Shown here piece after piece: positions 10,025 to 20,030 of a stretch of 50,113 nucleotides of DNA. Position numbers and translations under genes: made by a program. Every line of letters begins with the position of its first letter. Position 1 is the stretch's first letter. Under the pieces are notes generated by a model, which worked only from the letters and a program-made list of their open reading frames with translations, ran no database searches and was not told the origin of the DNA. Source of the stretch: Bacteroidota bacterium (lineage in GTDB: Bacteria > Bacteroidota > Ignavibacteria > Kapaibacteriales > UBA961); contig SXZI01000171.1 of assembly GCA_005788035.1 (NCBI GenBank), forward strand, positions 1-50,113. The letters run 5' to 3'.

Positions 10025-11062
10025 TTATCGAAGCGCCTCGCGTATTCTTGCCGAAACATAATCCATGATCCATACAACAAATGCAATCATGATGATGATG
10101 AGACCCACCTCATGCCATTGAGCCAAACCCTGATATTGCATAAGCATCGTTCCGATACCACCACCACCTACCAAACCAATGATCGTTGCCATTCTGACAT
10201 TGATATCCCAACGGTAAATCGTAAAACTCAAAAATGGAATCACTATTTGTGGAATGATTGCATATGTAATCACTTGAAGTGGATGCGCTCCAGTAGCCTC
10301 TATTGCCTCAATAGGTCCATTATCAATATCTTCAATTTGCTCTGAATATTGTTTTGTGAGCGAAGCAACAGTGTGAACCATAAGCGCTAGCATGCCGGCG
10401 AACGGACCTATACCAACCCAGACAGAAAAGATGATGGCCCAGATCAAAGGTTCAATCGAACGAGAGAAATTTGTAATGAATCTAATCACATTGTAAATCG
10501 AAAAAGACAGAGTGCTGCCTTTCATGAGTGTTCTAGCACTCAAAAAACTCAGAATGAATGATGGGGGGAGAGCTATGACGGTTGCAGTCAAAGCTATATA
10601 TACAGTCTCAATTAGGGCTTTTAGGGCAATGTCAAAGATGCTGAGCTCTGGAGTTATTAATGCAGTAAAAATATTAGAAGCAGATTGCAATCCTTTGGCT
10701 GAGAAAAAATCAATCGGTGAAATATCGGTTATTATCCAACCTGCTATGATTGAACAGCTGAAAGCAAGCCACATGAGATGTTTACCAAACAATGGCATAG
10801 CATGATGTGTATCTGAAAGGATAAACATTCCTGCTGATTGTTCGAATCTTCTTACTATGTATGAGCTTATTCCTGCTATAGCAAGGTATCCAACTTGGAT
10901 GATAAAGCCATGTAGTGGTATATATGTGATTAAGGCGGGAATGATGATTCGATCTAATGAAATCAAGACATACCAGATGAAAAACACATCGATGAGATAT
11001 GACTGTATGGCAATTCCTTTTTCGGAATGATGTTGCATGGTATGGCTCGAAAATGATGACAC
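10025..11062 (-). CDS. phnE: phosphonate/phosphite ABC permease (PhnE/PtxC family) with N-terminal TM extension
   Basis: RSIEPLIWA..VGIGPFAG, GPIEAIEATGA (EAA loop), YRWDINVR.ATIIGLVGGGGIG; start uncertain (GTG 11062 or ATG 11038). Confidence 0.85.
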   Translation of the reverse strand: MSSFSSHTMQHHSEKGIAIQSYLIDVFFIWYVLISLDRIIIPALITYIPLHGFIIQVGYLAIAGISSYIVRRFEQSAGMFILSDTHHAMPLFGKHLMWLAFSCSIIAGWIITDISPIDFFSAKGLQSASNIFTALITPELSIFDIALKALIETVYIALTATVIALPPSFILSFLSARTLMKGSTLSFSIYNVIRFITNFSRSIEPLIWAIIFSVWVGIGPFAGMLALMVHTVASLTKQYSEQIEDIDNGPIEAIEATGAHPLQVITYAIIPQIVIPFLSFTIYRWDINVRMATIIGLVGGGGIGTMLMQYQGLAQWHEVGLIIIMIAFVVWIMDYVSARIREALR

Positions 11063-11104
11063 AAAAATAAAGAACCCTCGGCTAATAAGAAAGCCGAGGG
11101 TTCT
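11063..11104 (-). terminator. intrinsic terminator after the RRM gene
   Basis: 13-bp perfect stem AGAACCCTCGGCT/AGCCGAGGGTTCT with a U-rich tail on the minus strand. Confidence 0.85.
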
Positions 11105-11144
11105 GTTTACTGTCTGTATCGATGATCAGGGGATTTATATCTCA

Positions 11145-11453
11145 TCATTCATATCGATCTGACCGACGATCGCCGCCGCGGAAATCACGACGTGGACCGC
11201 GTGATTGTTCTTCGCGTGGACGAGCTTCATTTACTACCAATGTACGTCCGCTGAACTCTTTGCCATTGGTTGATTCGATGGCGCCTCTTGCTTCATCATC
11301 ATTATCCATTTCAACAAAACCAAAGCCGCGTGAACGACCGGAGATTTTGTCTGTAATGACAAAGGCACCTGTGACATTGCCGTATGACTCAAAAAGGGAA
11401 CGAAGTTCTTCGGATCCCATCGTGTACGGCAAATTGCCTACATAAATATTCAT
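11145..11453 (-). CDS. single-RRM RNA-binding protein with R/G-rich tail
   Basis: RNP2 IYVGNL, RNP1 RGFGFVEM, GRTLVVNEARPR. Confidence 0.96.
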   Translation of the reverse strand: MNIYVGNLPYTMGSEELRSLFESYGNVTGAFVITDKISGRSRGFGFVEMDNDDEARGAIESTNGKEFSGRTLVVNEARPREEQSRGPRRDFRGGDRRSDRYE

Positions 11454-11623
11454 AACAAACCTTCCGTAGATGTGTAGTGATTAACGAGGTCAACAATAAA
11501 ACAATTACACTAGTGACCACAAGTAATGGCGCACATCAACACCAAATACTTAACCGAAAATACCACAAACCATTGATTAAACAACACATTACATTGAAAT
11601 AGTTGATATTATCAATAAGAAAC

Positions 11624-11654
11624 AAAAAAGCCCGAATAAGCAATTACTCGGGCT
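11624..11654 (-). terminator. intrinsic terminator after gdh
   Basis: AGCCCGAATAA/TTACTCGGGCT stem, with an A6 run that reads U6 on the minus strand. Confidence 0.8.
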
Positions 11655-11676
11655 AAATCTTCACTAAAAGGGGAAA

Positions 11677-13113
11677 TTAAGGGAAAATCCCCATTTGATT
11701 ATAAGATGCAGCGATTTTATCTATTGCAGAAATAAAGGCCGCTGTACGCATATCCTTCACATTTGACTTGTTTCTCCATACATTCATTATCTCATGATAA
11801 GACCCTATCATTGAATCTTCAAGTCCTGAATTTACCAAGTCTACTTCATTTGGACCTTGTACGAGGATTGACTTTTCTGCCGAGGTCAAAGATTTGCCTG
11901 TTAAATTTTCGATGGTAGAAATCAGACCTTTTTTAGAGTTTTCTTCATATCGTTTGTCCAAGCGACCAAAACGAACGTGAGAAAGATTCTTTAACCATTC
12001 AAAGTATGAAACAACCACTCCGCCGGCATTGATATACATGTCAGGAATGATGAGGATATTTTTAGCAAGGAGTGTAGGTTCTGCTGATGCAGCAATGGGA
12101 CCATTCGCACCTTCAGCAATGATTTTCGCCTGAATGCGATCGGCATTCCAATCAGTAATTTGTGATTCAAGTGCGGCAGGGACGAGAATATCGCAGGGAT
12201 ACTCGAGTAGTGAATTACCTTCATCAATTGTTTTTGCACCTGCAAAATTTCTAATGGAACCAGTTTGACCATGATGTTCTTTCAATGCATTGATGTCTAT
12301 ACCATCTGCATTGTAAACAGCTCCATCCCATTCAATGATGCCGATGATTCTTGAACCACCTTCAGCAATAAACTTAGCAGCATGATACCCAACATTCCCA
12401 AAGCCTTGAACAATAACGCTCTTTCCATCTAAACCTGTTGTCAAACCAATTGATTTCATGAGTTCAGCATCATTAACAGCTTCTCGGACGCCATAAAACA
12501 CGCCTTTTCCGGTTGCTTCAGTTCTTCCATTGACACCGCCTTGTGAAATTGGCTTGCCCGTAACGCAACCCAAAGCATTAACATCGTCAAACTTTATTGT
12601 CTGATAGGTATCTGCAATCCAAGACATTTCTCTCATGCCGGTACCATAATCCGGAGCGGGAACATCAACCGCAGGTCCAATGAAATTTTTGTGAATCAAT
12701 TCTACGGTATATCTTCTGGTTATACGTTCCAATTCATCAACAGAGTAGTTCTTGGGATTGATTTTGATTCCGCCTTTACCACCTCCGAAGGGAACATTCA
12801 CTACCGCACACTTATATGTCATAAGCGCAGACAATGCAATCACTTCATCTTGATTTACATCTTCGCTATAACGAATTCCGCCTTTGCATGGAAGTTTATG
12901 ATGACTGTGTTCTGCTCTCCATGCAGATATAACTTGGATTTCACCTTTTACTCGAACCGGAAATTGAATTTGATAAACAGCATTGCATGCACGAATCTGA
13001 TCCAAAAGTCCTTTGGAATGATCGAGCAATGCTGCTGCTTTATCGAAATAAGTATTTACCGATTGAAAAAACGGTATTTCGTGATAACTCGGAGGTGTTT
13101 TTTGAGAAGACAT
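11677..13113 (-). CDS. gdhA: Glu/Leu/Phe/Val dehydrogenase (glutamate dehydrogenase)
   Basis: [52 protein letters not shown]. Confidence 0.93.
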   Translation of the reverse strand: MSSQKTPPSYHEIPFFQSVNTYFDKAAALLDHSKGLLDQIRACNAVYQIQFPVRVKGEIQVISAWRAEHSHHKLPCKGGIRYSEDVNQDEVIALSALMTYKCAVVNVPFGGGKGGIKINPKNYSVDELERITRRYTVELIHKNFIGPAVDVPAPDYGTGMREMSWIADTYQTIKFDDVNALGCVTGKPISQGGVNGRTEATGKGVFYGVREAVNDAELMKSIGLTTGLDGKSVIVQGFGNVGYHAAKFIAEGGSRIIGIIEWDGAVYNADGIDINALKEHHGQTGSIRNFAGAKTIDEGNSLLEYPCDILVPAALESQITDWNADRIQAKIIAEGANGPIAASAEPTLLAKNILIIPDMYINAGGVVVSYFEWLKNLSHVRFGRLDKRYEENSKKGLISTIENLTGKSLTSAEKSILVQGPNEVDLVNSGLEDSMIGSYHEIMNVWRNKSNVKDMRTAAFISAIDKIAASYNQMGIFP

Positions 13114-13161
13114 AGTACTTCCTAATGAAACAATATGTATGGGTAAATGAGAAATCCGTTG

Positions 13162-14292
13162 TTACAGATTTCCTCTCAATGCTTGTTCGCGTTCAATAGA
13201 TTCAAATAGTGCTTTGAAATTTCCTTTGCCAAAAGATGTAGCGCCTTTTCTTTGGATTATTTCAAAGAATAATGTTGGCCTGTCTTCAACAGGTTTGGTG
13301 AAAATTTGAAGAAGATATCCTTCTTCGTCTCTATCTACCAAAATACCAAGCTCTCGAAGCGGTGAAATATCTTCGTCGATTGCTCCGACACGGTCCAATA
13401 AATCATCATAGTAAGTGTCTGGAACACGTAAAAATTGAACGCCTCGTTCTTTAAGGGCAGAGACGGTTGCTATAATATCATGCGTGGCAACAGCGATATG
13501 CTGAACACCGGGACCATGATAGAATTCCAGATATTCATCAATCTGAGATTTTGCTTTTTTTCCTTCGGCAGGTTCATTGATAGGAAATTTAATATAGCCA
13601 TTTCCATTAGAAACAACTTTGCTCATCAAAGCGCTATACTCTGTGGAGATATCTTTATCATCAAAAGTTAAGAGTAAAGAGAATCCCATGACTTCTTCAT
13701 AAAATCGAACCCATTCATCCATTTTGCCTAATTCCACATTCCCAACACAGTGATCTACATACAGCAAACCAACATCAGTGGTTGTATATCCATCTTTGAT
13801 AGGAACATAGCCCGGCATGAAAATGCCATCATATTGTTTGCGTTCAACAAATGTATGAATTGTATCGCCATAGGTATGTATGGAAGCAATCTTCACTTCG
13901 CCAAATTCATCGCGAAGTATGGTTGGTTCAGTATGACTTTTTGCTCCTCGAGAAGTAGTTTCTTTCCAAGATTGTTCGGCATCATCTACCCACAAGGCAA
14001 GGACTTTCACTCCATCGCCATGTTTGTCTATATGTGAACTGATTTCATTTCCGGGATGCATCGGAGTTGTGAGAATAAGTCTGATTTTGCCTTGCTTCAA
14101 AACATAACTTGCCCGATCCCTTATGCCTGTTTCGGGGCCGGCATAAGCAATAAGATCAAAACCAAAAGCTGTACGATAAAAATACGATGCTTGTTTTGCA
14201 TTCCCCACATAGAACTCGATATAATCGGTTCCATTGATAGGAAGAAAATCGGTGACAGCAGATTGTGATGATGTAGCGGAAAGTGTTTCCAT
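13162..14292 (-). CDS. hppD: 4-hydroxyphenylpyruvate dioxygenase
   Basis: DHCVGNV, FPINEP, SQIDEY, GVQHIA, GYLLQIFT, FFEIIQRKG..FGKGNFKALFE. Confidence 0.98.
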   Translation of the reverse strand: METLSATSSQSAVTDFLPINGTDYIEFYVGNAKQASYFYRTAFGFDLIAYAGPETGIRDRASYVLKQGKIRLILTTPMHPGNEISSHIDKHGDGVKVLALWVDDAEQSWKETTSRGAKSHTEPTILRDEFGEVKIASIHTYGDTIHTFVERKQYDGIFMPGYVPIKDGYTTTDVGLLYVDHCVGNVELGKMDEWVRFYEEVMGFSLLLTFDDKDISTEYSALMSKVVSNGNGYIKFPINEPAEGKKAKSQIDEYLEFYHGPGVQHIAVATHDIIATVSALKERGVQFLRVPDTYYDDLLDRVGAIDEDISPLRELGILVDRDEEGYLLQIFTKPVEDRPTLFFEIIQRKGATSFGKGNFKALFESIEREQALRGNL

Positions 14293-14337
14293 GACAAAGC
14301 ATCCAATGAATAAAGTTCGGTAAAAATAACAAATTGC

Positions 14338-15444
14338 TCATGCATAATGAGCAATCAATTCCTGCATGGTGAGAATCACTCTTTGATTGGTATCGTCAGT
14401 TCCGGTGCTGATTCTGATGCAATGGGGCAGTCTGAACCCCCCAAGTCTACGCACAATTATTCCTCTTTTTTCAAGATCATTTGTCAATTGAATGGCATTG
14501 TCTTCGATACCACAGTCAATCATGGAAAAATTCGCAACCGATGGAGATATCTTCCAACCCTGCTTAGCAAAGGCCTCTTGAAATGATTTCAAACCTCTTT
14601 TATTGAGCTGAATTGTTTCCTGAAGAAAATCTTCATCTTCCATAGCTGCTACAGCAGCTAATTGGGAGAGTGTTCCGGGATCAAATGTTAATTTTGACTT
14701 GGACATAACCGATATCAACTCCTTTGGACCAATTGCATACCCAACACGAAGCGAAGCCAAACCATATACTTTGGAGAAGGTCCGCAATGTTATCATGTTT
14801 GGTCTGCGATGGAGCAAGCTGTTCGGATAATCATCAGTTATGATTTCAGTGTATTCATAATATGCTTCATCCATGATCAAAAGGACATTGTCTGGAAGGG
14901 CAGCAAGGAGTTTTTCAAATTCCGATTTTGTGATATGTGTCCCGGTAGGGTTATTTGCATTTGCTATGTATACAATCCTAGTTGTTTCATCAATGGCTTG
15001 TATGATGCCATCTATGTCAAATCGATAATCCGAGGTCAGTGGTACAGCTACACGATTGAGATTGGCAATTGAAGTGGCAACATAATAACCTACGAATGTT
15101 CCTTCGCTCGAAACGATTGTATCACCAGGTACTGTGAAGCAACGCATGATCAAATGCATCAATGCATCAGATCCGTTATAGCAAACAACTTCATCTTTGT
15201 TTACATTAAATTTTTTGGCTATTGCCGAACAAAGAAATTCGCCTCCATCAGGATAGACGGAAAGATCTTCTGCTTGTATATTTCGTAATGCATGGAGCGC
15301 TTTTGGTGAAGCACCCAAAGGATTTTCGTTGGAAGCAAGTTTGACGATATCAGTAATGCCATGCTTCTCTTGAACCGATTTTATAGATGTGCCGGGTGTA
15401 TAAGGCAATAATTGTTGGATATGCTCAGGAACAAATATGGACAT
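14338..15444 (-). CDS. hisC: histidinol-phosphate / aromatic amino-acid aminotransferase (HisC family)
   Basis: KLASNENP, NNPTG, DEAY.E, RTFSKVYGLASLRVGY, IRISTG. Confidence 0.88.
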   Translation of the reverse strand: MSIFVPEHIQQLLPYTPGTSIKSVQEKHGITDIVKLASNENPLGASPKALHALRNIQAEDLSVYPDGGEFLCSAIAKKFNVNKDEVVCYNGSDALMHLIMRCFTVPGDTIVSSEGTFVGYYVATSIANLNRVAVPLTSDYRFDIDGIIQAIDETTRIVYIANANNPTGTHITKSEFEKLLAALPDNVLLIMDEAYYEYTEIITDDYPNSLLHRRPNMITLRTFSKVYGLASLRVGYAIGPKELISVMSKSKLTFDPGTLSQLAAVAAMEDEDFLQETIQLNKRGLKSFQEAFAKQGWKISPSVANFSMIDCGIEDNAIQLTNDLEKRGIIVRRLGGFRLPHCIRISTGTDDTNQRVILTMQELIAHYA

Positions 15445-15478
15445 GGTGATAATTGGTTAAGTTAGGCGAAATTCGAAG

Positions 15479-15486
15479 CAAATTTA
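15479..15486 (-). promoter_or_regulatory. -7 promoter element TAAATTTG for hisC-hppD-gdh
   Basis: Exact TAnnTTTG match 34 nt upstream of the hisC ATG. Confidence 0.6.
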
Positions 15487-15581
15487 ACAAAACGGGGGCT
15501 TTGCCAATCAAGTTTTGACTTCAATTGAAAAGAATACGTCAAGATTCACTGTGTTTAGGGGCAAAGACTAGGTTTTTTGTG

Positions 15582-15589
15582 TAAATTTG
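15582..15589 (+). promoter_or_regulatory. -7 promoter element TAAATTTG for the mqnA-like/psd/lnt/nadD/queC run
   Basis: Exact TAnnTTTG match about 56 nt upstream of ATG 15646. Confidence 0.6.
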
Positions 15590-15645
15590 CCATGAATTCT
15601 GCATTTGACACCCAAAAGTATTGTTTATCAATCAATAGTTCTACC

Positions 15646-16407
15646 ATGTCATTAACAATTGCTATTCCCCATAATCCTGCCTATTCTTCTTTGACTGCAA
15701 ATGCTCAATCAGTTTGTCAGGAGCGTGGATATGAATGCCGTGTACTTTCGGAATATGAATGCGCGCAGAGTTTATACAAGGGAACTGCAGATATCGCATT
15801 GATTGATCCATTAAGTTTTGCAAGGCATCCATCTGAGTTAAGAATCATTCCTTCTTTGGCTTTATCTATTGAAGGATGTTCGAATCTTGCTTCAATCCAT
15901 TTTGTTCCGGGTAAAGAAGAAATTCAGCTTCTTGGTTTGCAAGAGGATGTGTATTTTCTACGAATTGGAGCTCTTTGCTTGGCAGAGAAATACGATCTAT
16001 TTCCAGAGATAATGTTTGATTCTGCAATTGGAGAGGATTCAGAACTTACAGATTCACAGTATGATGCCTGGATTGCATGGAATGCTTCCAAAGGCCAAGG
16101 TGCATTGGATATTTGTGAGGAATGGTCAGACTTTCAAGAGTTACCATTACCAATGGTTTTTTGGGCATGTAAAGATGAAAATTCTCCGGAATTGATTGAA
16201 CTTACAACGCTTTGTGCTGCTGATGATGTGCCGGAGTCAGATGAGATACTTTCAATTACAAAAGGAAGTGATGCCGATCCACGGATTGGAACTGCTCATT
16301 TTAAATATTCAGCAAATTTTCAAGCTTCTCTTGATGCTGTGCAACATTTTATGTTTTATCATCGCATGATTGAATCAGTTCGTGCGATCACTTTGTTGGG
16401 ACATTAA
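15646..16407 (+). CDS. divergent MqnA/MqnD family (substrate-binding-fold) protein
   Basis: CAQSLYKGTADIAL, IIP.LALS..G, LDICEEW....ELPLPMVFWA resemble MqnA segments; start moved to ATG 15646. Confidence 0.55.
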   Translation: MSLTIAIPHNPAYSSLTANAQSVCQERGYECRVLSEYECAQSLYKGTADIALIDPLSFARHPSELRIIPSLALSIEGCSNLASIHFVPGKEEIQLLGLQEDVYFLRIGALCLAEKYDLFPEIMFDSAIGEDSELTDSQYDAWIAWNASKGQGALDICEEWSDFQELPLPMVFWACKDENSPELIELTTLCAADDVPESDEILSITKGSDADPRIGTAHFKYSANFQASLDAVQHFMFYHRMIESVRAITLLGH

Positions 16408-16408
16408 T

Positions 16409-17077
16409 ATGCTTACTCGTTATGGATATGATAATGCAATACCAATGCTTATTATTGGATTTTCCTTGATTGTGCTGTCTGCATTTGTTTTTTCAGGCGC
16501 TTTATCCTGGGTTTCAACTGCATTAGGGTTTATTATCATCTTTTTCACATTGTGGTTTTTCAGAGACCCACTGCGCGTCATCCCAGAAACTGCTCTCCTT
16601 GATCATTCTATCGTCATAGCTCCAGCAGATGGAAAAGTGGTCGAGATAATTGAAATAGAAGAGAATGAGTTTTTCAAAGGAAAAGCACGGCAAATCAGCA
16701 TTTTCCTATCACCTTTGGATGTCCATGTGAATCGTTCTCCTGTATCCGGAAATGTAGCATTCTACCGATATATGCAGGGGGATTATTTAGTTGCATGGCA
16801 TCCGAAAGCATCTGAATTGAATGAGCAAAGCAGAATCGGAGTTGAAACCGGTTTCGGAAAGGTTCTATTCAAACAGATTACTGGTGTATTGGCTCGGCGT
16901 ATTGTATGTACTGTGAAACAAGGTGATACACTGACCACAGGTGAACAAATTGGCATGATGAAATTTGGTTCTCGTATGGATATCGTTGTTCCTCTCGATG
17001 CTGAAATTCTTGTGAAGAAAGATCAGCGGACCAGAGGTGGTGAAACTGTACTTGCCAATTTGAATAAAAGCAAATGA
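16409..17077 (+). CDS. psd: phosphatidylserine decarboxylase proenzyme (short type)
   Basis: FFRDP, APADGKV, IFLSPLDVHVNRSP, KFGSR cleavage motif; start moved to ATG 16409. Confidence 0.95.
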   Translation: MLTRYGYDNAIPMLIIGFSLIVLSAFVFSGALSWVSTALGFIIIFFTLWFFRDPLRVIPETALLDHSIVIAPADGKVVEIIEIEENEFFKGKARQISIFLSPLDVHVNRSPVSGNVAFYRYMQGDYLVAWHPKASELNEQSRIGVETGFGKVLFKQITGVLARRIVCTVKQGDTLTTGEQIGMMKFGSRMDIVVPLDAEILVKKDQRTRGGETVLANLNKSK

Positions 17078-18717
17078 CCTTGACTCAATCATATGTTTTT
17101 CCTCTTTCCTTGATGCCAAAACATAGGGGGCAATCATATGCATATGCATGCTTGTCCGGAATAATGCTTGGTTGTGCATTCCCTCCCATGCCCTTCGGCT
17201 TTTTGGCTTTCATAGCTTTTATTCCATTATTTCTACTTCTAGAGTCAGAATCTTCCAAACAAAGAGCATCGCTTATACGCTATTTGTATTGCACGTTTTT
17301 TTTGTACCAAGGGATTGCAAATTGGTGGGTAGGGAGTTGGCAAAAAGAAAGCGATCCTTTCTTGATTATCGCCGGTTTGGCTTTGCAATTAGGCCATCCT
17401 TTCTTTTTAATGTTGCCATTTATTGCATTTTACTATGTAAAACAACGTATGGCATCAAGTATCGCATTTGTAATGTTACCATGTTTCTATGTTGCTTATG
17501 AATGGCTTCATTCATTGACCGATGCATCGTATCCATGGTTGTCCTTGGGATATATGGCAAATTCAATGGGTCCGATTCAGCAATGTGGTGATATCTTTGG
17601 TGTATGGGGATTGACATTTTTAATAATCATTGTGAATGTGCTTCTTTTCAAATTGATCCTCATCAAAGATAAACGTAAAGTGTTGGGTTATGTGTTTGCC
17701 CTGATCTTCATTTTCTCTTCGACTGTGATATATGGTGTCTATAGATCTGATGAAGTTCGAGGCATTGTTACAACTTCACCTCACATTACAGTTGGCATTG
17801 TTCAGCCTAATATCAATCCTTGGAATAAATGGGAAGGCGAGGTTCAAGACCAAATATATGTTCATAAGTCTATCATGGCTACAAAAGGTAAGAATACTCC
17901 AGATTTTTGGCTTTGGAGTGAAACCGCTATACCTTTTGTGAATGTACCATTGAATGTATTCAAAGATTTTTCAAGTCTGCAATCAATCATTGGAACAACT
18001 CCGGTTCTTACCGGTTTTGCCAATTTGGAACTCGTAAAGGATCCGTTTAAAGAACCATTAGCCAAGCCATTTCGATTAATCCCCGGTGAATACTATGTTG
18101 CCTATAATGCTGCTGCTTTAGTACAGGATTCATCTGTGAGCATTCATAGAAAAATGAAGTTAACCCCATTTGGAGAGGGCTTTCCTTTTTCACAAGATAT
18201 TCCTTGGCTTGGTTCGATATTGCAATGGGGGGTTGGTATATCTGGATGGAAAAAAGGCACCAATCAACAGCCACTGAAACTGATGAAAAGCAATGCTGTT
18301 GTCGCATCAATAGGAACAGTCATCTGCATTGAGTCAATATATCCTGACTTTGTTAGAAATTATGCTGTATCTGGAGCAACAATGCTGACTGTCATCACCA
18401 ATGATGCTTGGTTTGACAATACACCTGGACCAATGCAACACTTCGCAATATCTCAAATGAGAGCAATTGAAAATAGACGATCAGTTGCTCGTTGCGGAAA
18501 TACCGGTGTTTCCGGTATCATTTATCCGGATGGATCCATTGCGATAATGGCCAAACCCCAAACTAAAACAGCCATCATTGGAGCAGTGCCTCTTACTACA
18601 ATGGAAACTGTGTACATGCATATTGGCGATATTCTCCCAAAGATCTGTGGCATTGCATCATGCATCATGCTGTTTATTGCCGGATATACAGGTGGCATCC
18701 AAAGGAGGATGCAATGA
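17074..18717 (+). CDS. lnt: apolipoprotein N-acyltransferase
   Basis: Multi-TM N-terminus, YPWLSLGY, VQPNI, nitrilase triad WSETA / K..LTPFGE / ICIES, TNDAWF. Confidence 0.95.
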   Translation: MTLTQSYVFPLSLMPKHRGQSYAYACLSGIMLGCAFPPMPFGFLAFIAFIPLFLLLESESSKQRASLIRYLYCTFFLYQGIANWWVGSWQKESDPFLIIAGLALQLGHPFFLMLPFIAFYYVKQRMASSIAFVMLPCFYVAYEWLHSLTDASYPWLSLGYMANSMGPIQQCGDIFGVWGLTFLIIIVNVLLFKLILIKDKRKVLGYVFALIFIFSSTVIYGVYRSDEVRGIVTTSPHITVGIVQPNINPWNKWEGEVQDQIYVHKSIMATKGKNTPDFWLWSETAIPFVNVPLNVFKDFSSLQSIIGTTPVLTGFANLELVKDPFKEPLAKPFRLIPGEYYVAYNAAALVQDSSVSIHRKMKLTPFGEGFPFSQDIPWLGSILQWGVGISGWKKGTNQQPLKLMKSNAVVASIGTVICIESIYPDFVRNYAVSGATMLTVITNDAWFDNTPGPMQHFAISQMRAIENRRSVARCGNTGVSGIIYPDGSIAIMAKPQTKTAIIGAVPLTTMETVYMHIGDILPKICGIASCIMLFIAGYTGGIQRRMQ

Positions 18718-19316
18718 AAATCGGAATAATGGGTGGTACATTTAATCCTGTGCATAGTGGACATATTGCTTTTGTCAGGGCATTCATTGATCAGATAGGA
18801 CTTGATTTATGCTATATTATTCCCGCAAGGCGCTCACCATTCAGAATGAATGAACCCCTGGCTGAGGATATGCATAGACTAAACATGTTGCAATTAGCAT
18901 TTGAAGCTATTCCTTGTACTATTGTATCAGACATTGAAATCAAAAGAGAAGGATTATCATTCACTATTGATACCGTTAAAGATATACAATCTCAATATCC
19001 CGAAGCTGAGCTTTTTCTTCTGATCGGAGAGGATCAAGCTCACCGATTCAAAGAATGGAAACAGTGGGAAGACCTATTGTCACGCACACAGCTTTGCATT
19101 GTGCAAAGAACAGAGCAAGCGGACCTTCAAGAATTGATTCTACAGCTGATTGATGGTTTGACGGTGAAGATGCCATTGATTTTGAAATCTCCTTTATTTC
19201 ACGTTTCTTCCACGCTGATACGAGAATCAATGTCTAGCAATCAATCAATCAGCGGTTATGTTCCAGAATCAGTCGAAGTATATATCCATACACATAAACT
19301 GTATATAAGTACATGA
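18714..19316 (+). CDS. nadD: nicotinate-nucleotide adenylyltransferase
   Basis: GGTFNPVHSGH, SFTIDT, IGED, VSST.IR; ATG 18714 follows an AAAGGAGG RBS. Confidence 0.95.
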   Translation: MKIGIMGGTFNPVHSGHIAFVRAFIDQIGLDLCYIIPARRSPFRMNEPLAEDMHRLNMLQLAFEAIPCTIVSDIEIKREGLSFTIDTVKDIQSQYPEAELFLLIGEDQAHRFKEWKQWEDLLSRTQLCIVQRTEQADLQELILQLIDGLTVKMPLILKSPLFHVSSTLIRESMSSNQSISGYVPESVEVYIHTHKLYIST

Positions 19317-19999
19317 AAGAATTGGCAGTTGTTCTTATGAGTGGTGGAATGGACTCCACAGTTTGCGCAGGAATTGCACTGGAAAGAGGATTCGAAGTTT
19401 GTGCATTGCATGTCCATTATGGACAAAAAACGGAAGATAGAGAAGCAGCATCATTTCAAAATGTTTGTGACTTTTATGGGATTCAGAAATGTTTGGATAT
19501 CGACATTTCTCACCTATCAAGAATTGGAGGAAGTAGCCTTACAGATATGAATATTGCTATTAGTAAAGCTGATCTCGGGAATTTAGAAATCCCAACAAGC
19601 TATGTTCCATTTCGAAATGCCAATCTCCTTTCGATAGCAGTCAGTTGGGCGGAAGTATTGGGCGCGCATTCTATATTTATTGGTGCAGTTGAAGAAGATG
19701 GTAGTGGTTATCCGGATTGTAGGCGCACATTTTTTGATGCATTTGAAAAGATGATTGCCAAAGGAACAAAACCAGGTACTGATATTCGCATTGAAACTCC
19801 AATACTTCACATGAAAAAAAGTGACATCGTGAAGGAAGGAATGAGGTTGACAGCTCCTTTGCATTTTACCTGGAGTTGCTATGCCGATAATGTAGTTGCT
19901 TGCGGTGTCTGTGATTCATGTGCTCTTCGTTTACGAGGGTTTTCACAAGCTGGAATCGATGATCCAATAGAATATCAACAACGTCCTAAATATTTATGA
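19313..19999 (+). CDS. queC: 7-cyano-7-deazaguanine synthase
   Basis: SGGMDS, YGQ, YVPFRN, GYPDCR, TWSCY...CGVCDSC.LR. Confidence 0.97.
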   Translation: MKELAVVLMSGGMDSTVCAGIALERGFEVCALHVHYGQKTEDREAASFQNVCDFYGIQKCLDIDISHLSRIGGSSLTDMNIAISKADLGNLEIPTSYVPFRNANLLSIAVSWAEVLGAHSIFIGAVEEDGSGYPDCRRTFFDAFEKMIAKGTKPGTDIRIETPILHMKKSDIVKEGMRLTAPLHFTWSCYADNVVACGVCDSCALRLRGFSQAGIDDPIEYQQRPKYL

Positions 20000-20030
20000 A
20001 AAAAGGCCACTCATTGAGTGGCCTTTACTT
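19999..20030. terminator. probable bidirectional terminator between convergent queC and the CxxCH protein gene
   Basis: AAAGGCCACTCA-T-TGAGTGGCCTTT inverted repeat flanked by A- and T-rich runs. Confidence 0.8.

Noticed and set aside
19313-19999. queC as part of a QatABCD/Dpd-type defence or DNA modification system
   Set aside because: It is a canonical-length QueC in a housekeeping run, with no TatD, ATPase or DpdA neighbours and no room for a preQ1 riboswitch.
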